Shown here: piece by piece, positions 21,241 to 32,500 of the stretch
Numbering within the stretch: the first letter of the stretch is position 1
Layout: each line of letters begins with the position of its first letter
Assembly (NCBI GenBank): GCA_973895155.1
Contig: OZ316893.1
Span: 8,867,839 to 8,931,838, forward strand
DNA length: 64,000 nucleotides
Source: Marsupella aquatica
Lineage: Eukaryota; Plantae; Marchantiophyta
Reading direction: 5' to 3'
Notes under the pieces: generated by a model
What the model was told of the DNA's origin: nothing
Database searches by the model: none
Seen by the model: the letters and a program-made list of their open reading frames with translations, nothing else
Program-made: the position numbers and the translations under genes

Positions 21241-23112
21241 GTTTGGTATCTTTTTTTGCGCATCAATTGCTTGCAATTGTATGGCAGAAATGAGTGCATT
21301 AACCTCACGATCATGGTTGACCCCTTCCTTCACCTTGTGTTCGGCATATCGGGCAATGTACTCATTGAAACCTCGACATAGTTCTCCATCTCCAGCAACA
21401 TCTAGGTCTTCATCAAAAAACATTTGAGGATTGATATATGCTGCAGCTAGCATAAAATTGGTGGTAAGAGATTCTCTTCAATCCATGTATACTTTTAATA
21501 TCCTTGGCTTCAAGAACTCTGTTACCAATGGACATTCCTCCATGCTTGCCTTCAAATCAGTAATCCCTCTTTTCAAACTCCAATACAACCAGGCTGATTG
21601 GGGTGAAGCACCATCAAATTCGTGAAGCATCTTCACCAACGGAAGAAAGAAGTTCACTGTAGCTTTCACATCGGCCCAAAATTTATCTTGTTGTATCCAC
21701 CCTTTCAGTTCTTCTGCCTTGGCCCTTGTCATGTGACCATTTGATTTTGCACGCACAGGAAGTCTATCACGATAAGACTCCCATTTATCATCAATGACCA
21801 TTTGTTGCAAAGCTCCTCTTAGCTCCAATGCTCTTTGCACCATGAGAAAATTTGTTGCAAATCTTGTTGCATTTGGATTTGGTAGTTTTTTGTAAGTCGA
21901 TTTTCTCACAAATATTGCGGAGAGCTTTTGGGACGATGAAACTGCTTTTACTATCCAACTCAAGCGTTTAAAAATGCTTTTGAATGGATTCTGTCTACTC
22001 TCATCTAGCACTACATTCTTATGACCACACATATCTTCTAGTAACAAATTGAACACGTGGGCAGCACACAAACTCCAAGTGACATGTGGATATTTTTTCA
22101 TGACTATCTCACAACCTGCTACACGATTTGCAGGCGCACCATCAGTTACAATTTGAACGATGTGATCTGGACCAATGTCATCGATATATTTCAGCCACAT
22201 CTCTCCAAGATATTTTCCATCTTTCCTATCAGCTTGTGTCGCATTCCAACTATCCAAGAAAAAATCACCTTTAGAAGTCAACAACATGACGTTCATCAAA
22301 GGTTCACTACGAATGTTTTCCCATCCATCTGATGAAACATAATAACCAAAAAGTTTTGTTTCCTTCATGATTTTGGTGATGTCTTTTGTGAGATCTTCCT
22401 TGGCTTCCTCCAACAACTTCATTCGCAAATTCCGCATAATGAGAAGAGAATACCCATTTACAATACCTTTTGAAGTCTCATGTATTGCTTCTCGAAAGTA
22501 AGGATTCTGTGAAACATTGAATGCAATACCACTTGTGTAGAAAGCTTTTGCCCAAAGCTTGTCCAAATACGCTCTATGTGGAACTTGATAAGCATCCATA
22601 ATCGGGTTTGAAAGACTTCCTGCCCAAGCCATATGAGTCATATTTGACTCATTTTCCATTTGAAAATGGTTAGACTCTCGTGTGGATGCTTGTGAATGGG
22701 AAGTTCCAATCTTTGGCCTGCGACCCCTGACATCCCGCAAGATATGGGTTCCATCCCTTCGTTTGTAGTTGATGTTTGATGGAACTTTGATGACATTGTA
22801 CATTCTGTTGATTTCATCCAACTTCACATGACCATACAGGCCTAGGCATGGTGGTGCATTCCCTTTGATGATGTTTCCCATCAAATGTGCTTTGGCTCGT
22901 GTTGCATGAAAAGTAATATATGTTTTACAAAACTTGCATTTTCGATACATACGGTTTGCATCATTAGATGTTGAAGGCGCATCACATTGTTCGAAATATT
23001 TCCACACCGTAGAAAATTTTGCACCATGCTCTCGCGAATGATTTGCTCCATGCCTAGGGATAGTGGAACGATATCCAGATTCACCGGACTCATTATCATC
23101 AGAAGAAATCAT
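21241..23112 (-). pseudogene. hAT transposase, N-terminal part (BED zinc finger + DUF659/RNase H-like core), in-frame TGA at 21478-21480
   Basis: VWKYF...KCKFC...RAKAHL (BED); SSDGW; IVQIVTDGA; CAAHVFNLLLEDM; TRFAT; AAAYINP. Interrupted at 21241 by the nested element. Confidence 0.92.
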
Positions 23113-23452
23113 TGTAAAGAAAGATGTACATGCAGAATTCAAATTCTATAGTGTACCGTCAATAAAATGACAGTGTCATCTCCTCTCCAACGCACACTGA
23201 ACATACATAAATACAACAATACAAAATAAATATTTATTGTATACTAAACTTCATATAGCAGATACAATGAACCCCAAGAATAATCACATTTCACAACATT
23301 TTGAGTTCCCTAAATTTTATCATAGTATTTTTGTTGTTTTTATGTTTGGTTGTAACAAGTATAAAAGAGTAGGACACTTTGATGAATTACCACAATCTGA
23401 GTCGAGACTCCAAGATTACGCACCATTGTTTCCCGATCTCTCATACTTGCTT

Positions 23453-23741
23453 ACATCCCTACTTCGTCCTAAGTTATAGAATATCTATAACTTAACAATC
23501 ACTTCTTTATAAAGCAGAAATATTTTCAGGGAAATCGTGACACACATGTGAAATGTCACAGACTGAGCCAAAGCTCCAAGCCTACGCACATGGGTTTCTC
23601 TATCCTTTGAATTTTTTTTGCTTACTAAATAAATGACGTTAAGTTGTTAAGTTAATATATAGAACTCTTGTATGAAATATCCCGAGCCGAGCCAAGGCTC
23701 CAGACCCGCGCATACAAAAATTCATATATATTACTCCATTA
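23453..23741 (-). repeat. Right subterminal arm of the hAT element (inverted copy of 5751-6036)
   Basis: Reverse complement aligns colinearly with 5751-6036 (roughly 70% by eye), including two ggagc-N4-ctc motif copies. Confidence 0.8.
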
Positions 23742-25333
23742 CAATTCACTAAAGAAAAACATCTCATTATAAGCCTCCTACCCCCCGCTCCCCCCTCCCC
23801 CCTCCCCCCTCAAGACAATTTGCAACTGTTTGCATTAATTGTCAGTTGCACAGGCTCCTTCTTTGGTTAACCTTGGAGCCAGCGCATGGTGTCACGTCTG
23901 CAGTAATATCTGGCCAGGATTATCGGGTGACTGTCGCCCTTGTCATATAGAAGGATCAAATGGTAGGAATGTCTCTCTTATCTATTTCAAGTAAGATCTT
24001 TGCTCAATCTAAAGCATGTGGATAGGTTCAGTCTAGGTTAAATGTGTTTTTATGAGAAATCATTAAGTAACCTGGTGTAATTTTTCCTTGTAGTTATCCC
24101 AGGTCTTAGCCCAAAGACCTCCAGCCCGTCTGATAATGCCCTTGCCCCGCACACCTAAAAGCATCTCCAGGGGTGGGGTCTATCAAAGTGGACTAGAACG
24201 AGGACGAGACTGCATTCTCCTGGTGGTTTGAATTGGGTCTGGTTAGCAATGGTCTCTGTCTCGTAGGTTGGCGTGTGATCGAGGTTCTGGTGAGAGTCGC
24301 CCTGGTCTGAGGAGTGGCTGGATAGTTCTGGACTTCTGGTCACTAATAGAGGGGTAGAATAATTATGTATCCTTCCCGGCCTGGGGTTCTGTGCTCTCTT
24401 TCCAGGCCACCCTTTCTGGGTTTGCCCGGTTGGGCTTCTACAGCTCCTTTTACCTGTGGTCTTGTGTGACTTACTCCCTTAGTTGGTCTTCCAGGTTTTA
24501 GATAGAAAAGTAAGATTTGTGGATTCCCCCTCCTTGGTGCTGACTTGCAAATTGCTTTCGAACATTGCATTGCCCCGGATTGTCCCTGGCTTTGATACTG
24601 GTAGCGGTTGGTTTCGTTTGTGCTGGTCACCTGGCTTGCTACTGTACTTCTTGTATGGGTAGGTGGGGGCCGGGCTTGATCCAGTCGTCCTGCTTGTTCT
24701 GGCTTTCCTTCCCCTTTGGAGTCTTTGTGGCTTTGCCCTGGCCTTTTTGGTCCTCCCTTGTTGTGGGGGTTTAGCGGACTTTAGTGGGAAATAAAAGGGG
24801 AAAAAGGAGAAAATGGCTGGTGACTGAATGCAATATGGGGGGGGGGGGGTTCAATTTTCAGGCCTTCAAATGATGGGCTAAATGAGTTTAGCAGTCATTA
24901 TATTCACCTCTAAACCACTGACTCGAGAGGCTGTGCTTGCTATCATGTCACAACGCACACTAAACACACAACCCCTGGTGTTTCCCCCTCACTATATATA
25001 GACCACTAGTGGAAAGAGAATTCCCCAGTGATAGCGTCTAGGGATATGTACCACAATCGGATGGAAGAGGGGTCTGGTGTGTGTAAACTGTCCTTGGTAG
25101 ATATATTATAATTTACAAGTAGTAATTTAAACGTTAACTTGCTGAGAGCCCATTTGAGTTATGGTCAGAGTTGCCAAGGTCCATCCAGGTATTTTGGAAC
25201 AACATATTGGCCATGCAGACTTTGTTCACCACTAGCCAGAAACCCAGTTGAGTCATAGAACCATTCACTTTATCCAACAGTGGTTCTGGAAATTCCGTGA
25301 ATCCTGAGGTTCAGGAGAACTCAATAGCGAGGA

Positions 25334-28300
25334 TGTAGGGTCAATCTATTTGATCTCTTATTTGTTGTAACCATTTACTCTAAACCATGGTTAACCCCTA
25401 ACCCTATCCTGAAGGGGTAACATGGGTTAACACCAACCCCAACATGTAACCCTATGGTGACTATATAAGTCACACCCATAATGGAACACAACAGCGAGTT
25501 GCAAGTCTCTCCATTGTCACACAACACGTTATCAGCGCGATAGCATCTAAATTTTTTTTTTCAGTTTGGAGTTAAGGTAGGATAATTGGAGTACGGATTT
25601 CAGACAAAGAAATTGACTTCCAATGTTGCGTTTTTAGCCCCACCCCACATCAGTAACTGCCACCGATTCAAATCACACCATAATTTAAACTTCGGATCCT
25701 CTGAATAGTCCACGAATCCTTACGGAAAACACACAATCCGTATATAATTGATTAGTGACACTATCGGAGAGGCATGAATCACTTTGAAATAGTGTTTTCC
25801 CGTTCAAATTCGACTCAATTTTTTTTATATCTTATTGTTCCGCCACGGAAATCCTGAGTTTCTTTTATCGCCAAGGAAAATCCCGTGGATAAAAAGGCAC
25901 GAGTGATTGAAGTAATTGAGAACGACATAGATTTGATATTAATCAGAACGCGGACAGTGATGTGTTACAGATTTGAGATACTATGGCCACCCTGGAGAAA
26001 TTACACTTTCCAGCCCTATTGGCAGATGGCAATAATTACTTAACCTGGTCAATAGATGTAGAGACCTACTTCGCATCAATACAACTAGAGGATACATTAA
26101 TTACTGATGACAATTTAACATTGCAACAGAAAGCCAAAGCTGTATTTCTACTTAGACAGCATTTGACACCATCACTGAAGACACAATATATGAGTGATCT
26201 TAATCCCCGTCTATTATGGGACAAATTAAAAGCTCGATTTGACCATATGCGAGAGGTCTGGCTCCCAGAAGCCCGCAGGGATTGGTTTAATCTACGTGTC
26301 ATGGATCATACTTCTATAGCAAATTATAATAGTTCTCTATTTCGTATTACATCTCAATTGGAGATGTGTGGCCACCCAGTTGCAGACTTAGACAAAATCG
26401 ATAAAACGTTGAGTACTTTCCCAGAGGCCAACATCGCCTTGGGAACTCAATACAGGAATATGCAATTCACAACTTATTCTAACTTAATTGCACATCTCCT
26501 AGTAGAGGAGAAACAACAAATTGTCTCTCTACAGAATGCAAGGAAACGACCACCAGGCACTGCACCAATACCACAGAAACCAGAAATTAATTACAATGCC
26601 CCAGAAGACCAACAACGAAATATAAGAGGCCGGGGTACACAAAGAGGTGGATATAGAGGACGAGGTCGCAACTCAAATTATAGTGGAAGGGGAAATCAGT
26701 ATGAAAATACCAGAGGTCGAGGCAGCAGAAGCCGTGGCCAGGGTAGAGGAAGAGGACGCGGCAGAGGTCACGCCCAATCATCTGACAACACACGAGAAGA
26801 CCGAATGTGTTATAGATGTGGAAAAATTGGCCACCTAAAGAAAGACTGCTGGGCTTCTGACCAAGCGGCTAAGAGGCACTCAGAAGCAAGAGCTAAGTTA
26901 AAGCAAAATCCAGATGGCAACTATATGGAATTGGAAGAGGAGCTACCATCTTATCGAGAAGAAACTGATATGATAGACCAATCCAACGCTGAAGCTCATC
27001 TGGTGACAGCAGAGCCACCATATCCCTCCTCCAACGATCCCAATTTAGGTATCATTGATAGTGGGACATCCCACACTATCCTAAAAGATAGGAGTTATTT
27101 CCAAGACATCACTCCATCTGCCAGGGTAATGACAACCATATCAGGTACGAATAAGATTGAGGAAGGAACAGGAAAGGCTACTGTCAAATTTCCCCAAGGA
27201 ACAGTCATTAACATCGAAGCAGCTATCTTTGCACCAAAAGCTACTCGAAATTTGATTAGCTTCAAAGACGTTGTTGCTAATAATTATCAACTCCGCACAG
27301 CAATGCTCCAGCAGAAACCTACTTTGCAAATAGTAGCCATGACCACAGATGGAATTCAAATCAAAGAGATACTACCTCTAATACCCCCGGGTTTATATGC
27401 AGCCCCAATAACAGCGAACTATGCCACAGCAGAATCAAATAATCTTACATACCTCTGGCACTGTCGACTGGGGCACCCGGGAATAAATATGTACCGTCGC
27501 ATCATCAATGACTCACGAGGAATCCCTAAAGGAGTGCGTCCATCTATAAATCATAAGCAATGTCTGGCATGTTCTCAGGGGAAGCTGAGTACACGCCCAG
27601 CTACACAAAAGACCATCTATACTATCCCTAAATTCCTGGAACGTCTAAATGCTGATGTCTGCGGGCCAATACACCCTCCAAGTGGGCCTTTCAGATATTT
27701 TTTAGCCATTGTAGACTCTTCAACTAAATGGCTCCAAGTTTCATTAATTTCTACTCGTAACCTGGTCTTTGCCAGAATCTTAGCCAACTTATTAAAACTT
27801 CGAGTACAATTCCCAGATTGTCCAATTAAGAAATTGCGAGTGGACGGGGCAGGGGAATTTACCTCCAGAGCATTTGACGACTTCTGTATGACAGCGGGGA
27901 TCGACATTGAATACTCAGTTCCTTACGTCCATTTCCAGAACGGCATAGCAGAGTCAGTCATAAAAAGGATTCAAATGATAACAAGGCCACTTCTATTGAA
28001 CTCTAAACTACCACCTTCAGCATGGGGACACGCTGTCCTCCATGCAACAACTTTGCTTAAGTATCGGCCGTCAGCATTTAATACTAAAACCCCTCATCAC
28101 CTTGCATTCGGTTTACCCCCTGATCTTTCACACATTAGAGTATTCGGATGTAAAGTGATGGTACCCATCCTTGGGCCACATCGATCCAAACTTGGCCCAC
28201 AGAGAAGAGAAGGTATTTATATTGGCCATGACTCCTCGTCTATTATCCGCTATCTGGAATCTAGCACAGCTGATGTATTTAAAGCAAGACACGCTGACTG

Positions 28301-28403
28301 CCATTTCTATGAGGAAATTTTCCCCTCATTACTTAAGGCGCCAACTACATCACACGACATAACACCAGTACAGCTCAATTGGAATTCCTCACCTTTCTCT
28401 CAT
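25334..28403 (+). mobile_element. 3'-truncated Ty1/copia LTR retrotransposon, Bianca-like lineage
   Basis: LTR end ...CAACA (25526) is followed by PBS CGTTATCAGCGCG, resembling the Bianca-type half-tRNA PBS. TATA ctatataag at 25461. LTR start at 25334 is a guess because no 3' LTR, RT or RNase H is present. Confidence 0.8.
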
Positions 28404-28499
28404 AACGTTTCAACCTGTGTCTCTAGGAAGGGCATCAAGCTAGGAATGAGGAAAACAAATGGCCGGTATACACGTACTGTGAGCAGCGCACATCTATAA
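25983..28499 (+). CDS. Copia Gag-protease-integrase polyprotein, truncated before RT (last ~30 codons are read-through into unrelated DNA)
   Basis: GNNYLTWSID Gag start; CYRCGKIGHLKKDC zinc knuckle; IIDSGTSH protease; LWHCRLGHP and CLAC; integrase DVCGP / RVDGAGEF / QNGIAE. Confidence 0.93.
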   Translation: MATLEKLHFPALLADGNNYLTWSIDVETYFASIQLEDTLITDDNLTLQQKAKAVFLLRQHLTPSLKTQYMSDLNPRLLWDKLKARFDHMREVWLPEARRDWFNLRVMDHTSIANYNSSLFRITSQLEMCGHPVADLDKIDKTLSTFPEANIALGTQYRNMQFTTYSNLIAHLLVEEKQQIVSLQNARKRPPGTAPIPQKPEINYNAPEDQQRNIRGRGTQRGGYRGRGRNSNYSGRGNQYENTRGRGSRSRGQGRGRGRGRGHAQSSDNTREDRMCYRCGKIGHLKKDCWASDQAAKRHSEARAKLKQNPDGNYMELEEELPSYREETDMIDQSNAEAHLVTAEPPYPSSNDPNLGIIDSGTSHTILKDRSYFQDITPSARVMTTISGTNKIEEGTGKATVKFPQGTVINIEAAIFAPKATRNLISFKDVVANNYQLRTAMLQQKPTLQIVAMTTDGIQIKEILPLIPPGLYAAPITANYATAESNNLTYLWHCRLGHPGINMYRRIINDSRGIPKGVRPSINHKQCLACSQGKLSTRPATQKTIYTIPKFLERLNADVCGPIHPPSGPFRYFLAIVDSSTKWLQVSLISTRNLVFARILANLLKLRVQFPDCPIKKLRVDGAGEFTSRAFDDFCMTAGIDIEYSVPYVHFQNGIAESVIKRIQMITRPLLLNSKLPPSAWGHAVLHATTLLKYRPSAFNTKTPHHLAFGLPPDLSHIRVFGCKVMVPILGPHRSKLGPQRREGIYIGHDSSSIIRYLESSTADVFKARHADCHFYEEIFPSLLKAPTTSHDITPVQLNWNSSPFSHNVSTCVSRKGIKLGMRKTNGRYTRTVSSAHL

Positions 28500-29594
28500 A
28501 ATCCGCCGGAACGCTTGCAAGGGAATTCATTTGATCCAGAGTGAGCGACCAGGAGGAGGACGTCGAGAAACATTGCGATCAAGTCAGGTAGCCATTCCGT
28601 TCCCGTGGAGCGAGGTCGAGAATTTCTCACGGAGGAAAGAGAATGAATGGACAAGTAGCCGTCGATCCCAACGTCTCTACTGTGCTCATCATGCTGGTAC
28701 AATATCGATTCTGACTGAGCTTTGCCGATGCGTGTGAGTTTTTATGATTATATGCTGGTAGGCCCCGAATACTGCAGTTACTTGCCTTAATTTCCAGTCT
28801 GGACATCCCAGTATGCAGAGGATTTGGTGGTAATGTCATTGAGTGGGGCCTACTTCTGATTGAGCAATCGAGTACGTACCCGCAGCGTACAAGCTGATGT
28901 GGTCTGAGCTTGTGTCGTCAGCCTGGTCCATAGCTTGGATTCGTTAGTCTCCGGGCTTCTATCCCAGCTGTGCTTTAAGAACGGACTCGAGCTAGTTTTC
29001 CATGGTTGGCCTTCGATCATTCTTGCTCCATATTTATATCGTGTGTAGGCCTTCCAGAGGGTCGGGTGAAAAATTCGACTGGATCTCTGTGTCTCCACCG
29101 CCAAATTCTGAACGTGAAGCTTAAATTTATACACGTACCCTACAAATCTGAGGCTTTACCTTGAATGTGCTATAATTTCTAGGGACACGTAGTCAGTTGC
29201 TTGTCAGAGCCGTCGATGAAGACGGAAATCTGAGCTGAAGTTTGATCGTAGGACCAGTTCTTGGAAGTTAGAGGAATTGATATAGTCGGCTTGCTGTATA
29301 TATGTTTGAGTAAGCACATATTGTTCCACGGCACCTTAGTCAATAACCAGTAGTTCTCCACATAATTGCTAGTCCAGCCATACTTAATTTATGCAGAACT
29401 ACTGTTTGGCCTCATGACTTAGACTCGGCGTTATAAGAGCACAGCCAATTCTAAGGTGACCTAGGGTCGGATTTGTCAGTCTTACAATTTGAGCATTGCA
29501 TATTGCAGAAATACTTGAGCTTTTCGTTCAGTTGTACTGAGGTTACGAGAACGAGGAAAGAGTCCGTGGATCAATCAATTGGCTGAGTTTCGAG

Positions 29595-32500
29595 ATGGCA
29601 GCAACGATTGGAGGCACTCGTCTCCAGCATCTGATCATCACCGTTGTGATCCTAGTCGCCGGAAAATGGTCTTTGGCCGCTTCTATCGACAGTAGTCAAA
29701 AGACTCATGCTATACCGTTGAAACGAATGGGAGGACCTACTGGGTTCAATCTGGTAACCACTGATGCGTCCCGTGATACTCTTCCTACATCCGCCAAGCG
29801 AAGGAGAAGACTCTCTCTTGAACAAAACGAAGTTATCAATCCAAGCAAGTCCAGCAAGGAAGTAGAGATTCTCCTTGCTTTCAAGAGTGAAATCACGGGC
29901 GATCCGCTGGGCGTGCTGAACACCTGGCGTGCAAATGACTCCGATCCTTGTAGATGGCCTGGGGTTGGATGTCCTCCCAACTCCACAAATGTCACCACTG
30001 TCAATCTGAACGGCTTTAACCTGGTAGGAACGGTCTCATCCCTCCTCGGTCAGCTTCTAAATCTGCGGCATCTGGACCTCTCCCAAAACTTCTTACACGG
30101 CCCAATACCAGCTAGTCTTGGGAACTGCTCCAATCTGTTGCATCTCAATATCTCGTTCAACCAACTGACTGAATATATCCCTCCTCCCGTGGGAAATCTT
30201 GACAAACTTCAAACTCTGGACTTGTCGAACAACAATCTCACTGGAGGGATTCCAGGAACACTAGGCAACTGTTCGGCACTACAACATCTGGATTTAGGGA
30301 CGAATTTTTTTGACGGAGGCATTCCTTCTCAATTCGGCTTCTTGTCCAATTTGAAGTTTCTTAGTCTCGAGAGCAGCTCTATTTCCGGCTCCGTTCCACC
30401 TACTTTGGGTAATTGCTCATCGCTTACCCAGTTGTGGTTGAGCTACAATATAGGGCTGGGAGGGGAGCTCCCGCTCCAGTTGGGCGAATTGATTGACTTG
30501 CAAGATTTTCGTGTACTCCATTGCAGCTTCCAGGGGAAATTCCCCATGTGGACATTGAATTTTACTTCACTGCAAGTACTCAACCTAGGAGGTAATCAAT
30601 TAGCTGGTCAGCTACCTCAGGCCTGGGGGCAATTATTACAGCTTTTCTTTCTGGGATTAGAATCCAATTTTTGGGATGGATCTACGATAGCGAGTGACAT
30701 AGGTTTACTGATTAATTTGGATTACATAAACATTGGAAATAGTGGGCTCATCGGAGAGATTCCGAGATCCATTTTCAATGTCACCTTCCTTCGGTATCTT
30801 TTGTTCGACGAGAACCACTTGACAGGTGCGATCCCAGAGGAAATAGGTTTGCTAAGAAACTTACAAGTTTTACATCTTTATAGTAATGCATTCAGCGGCA
30901 TAGTTCCCTCGTCGTTATCTAATTGTTCACTCTTACAACAACTTATGTTGGGAGTAAACCAAGGATTGGATAGTCAAGGTTTGCCCTCCTGGATAGGATC
31001 GCTCCAAAACTTGGTATATCTGTATTTGGCCAGCATGAATTTGCAAGGTGAAATTCCCCCAGAGATAGGTCAACTATCCCAACTAGTTGAGATTTTGCTG
31101 TTCTCTAACAATTTGTCCGGAGTGATTCCAGCTTCTCTGGGAAATTGTAGTAGCCTTGTTAATTTTGGTTTAAACGACAACAAGCTAAGTGGTCGTGTCC
31201 CCCCTGAGTTAGGACACCTGTCACAGTTGCAATATCTCGAGATTCAATATAACGCTTTCTCCCCTGGCCCTCTTCCTCCATTCATCTACAATCTAACGTC
31301 AACCTTGTCTATAATCGCAGTCGACAGTATTCAATTAAACGGGAAATTAGATGGAGATTTTGGAAGCCTCTCTCTATCGCAGTTTTCTGCTTCTTATAAC
31401 TATTTTCAGGGTCCGATCCCCGAATCCTTCACCAATTGTTCCAACCTACAACTTTTGGATTTGAACGTAAATTTCATGAGTGGAGAAATCCCCGTTGGAC
31501 TGGCCAACTTGAGCAATCTACAGTATCTTCAACTTGGAAGTAATCACTTTCATGGAACTATTCCTGTTCAGCTCCTGGGGAACTTTTACTTCATGCAATA
31601 CCTTGATTTCAGTGACAATAAGTTAAGTGGTACCATCCCAGCGGAGATTAGTCAGCTTGTCAATATGCAGCAGCTGGATATGTTTGCAAATCAATTCGTC
31701 GGAGCACTTCCGGATTCCTTGGGTAATTGTACGCAGCTGCTATCTGTGGATTTTTCAAACAACAGACTTACCGGGAGTATTCCCGGGGAAGCTTTCGCAG
31801 CGATGTCTTCTCTGACCACGTTGGATTTATCCAGCAATTTGTTTTCTGGCTCATGGCCATCACAATTTGGTGGACTGAAGCAAATACAGGTCATAAATGT
31901 ATCCGCCAACAACATCTCAGGAGCGATTCCGTTGGGTCTTGGAGGCTGCCTTTCGCTTCAGAGCTTGGATCTCTCTTTCAATCAGTTTTCAGGAGCAATT
32001 CCTCGAGATCTTGGATCGCTGAAGAATCTCACTACTTTCAACCTTTCATTTAACAACTTCAGTGGGCCGATTCCAAATTTTGGTGCTTTGCACGCCCATT
32101 TTACGACGGCTTCATTTTTGGGAAATCCTGGCCTCTGTGGAGACATTCTTGGGGCTCAGCGACTCTGTCCAGCTGAAGTAGCAGCGCCAATCAGGGGAAG
32201 GTCCCATCATTGCAACGGTTTTGAATGTCACGTGGTGTGGGTATCTCTAGTCTCTGCTGTGGGGTTCGTCATAATTCTCCTGGGTGCCTTGTATATCTTC
32301 TCCCATCGTTATGCCAAGAAAGAGAACAAGGACCTCGGACTCGTAACATTTACCATTGATCCTTCGATGAGGTTCTTTACCAAGTTTGACATACTTACTG
32401 CCATAGGAGCTGGGGAGGACGCTGCAATTGGAAACGGCCCCAAAAGCATTGTGTACAAGGCTGATTTACCTGGAGGTGCAATTATAGCCATCAAAGTTTT

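Larger units (their letters stand above)
4730..23810 (-). mobile_element. Decayed composite hAT DNA transposon carrying kinase and RING cargo, interrupted by a nested P-like element; termini not resolved
   Basis: Split hAT transposase. Inverted subterminal arms of about 290 bp at 5751-6036 and 23453-23741. Left G-rich CCGGG-repeat block is mirrored by a C-tract remnant at 23781-23810. No TIR/TSD pair found, so the ends are approximate. Confidence 0.6.
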
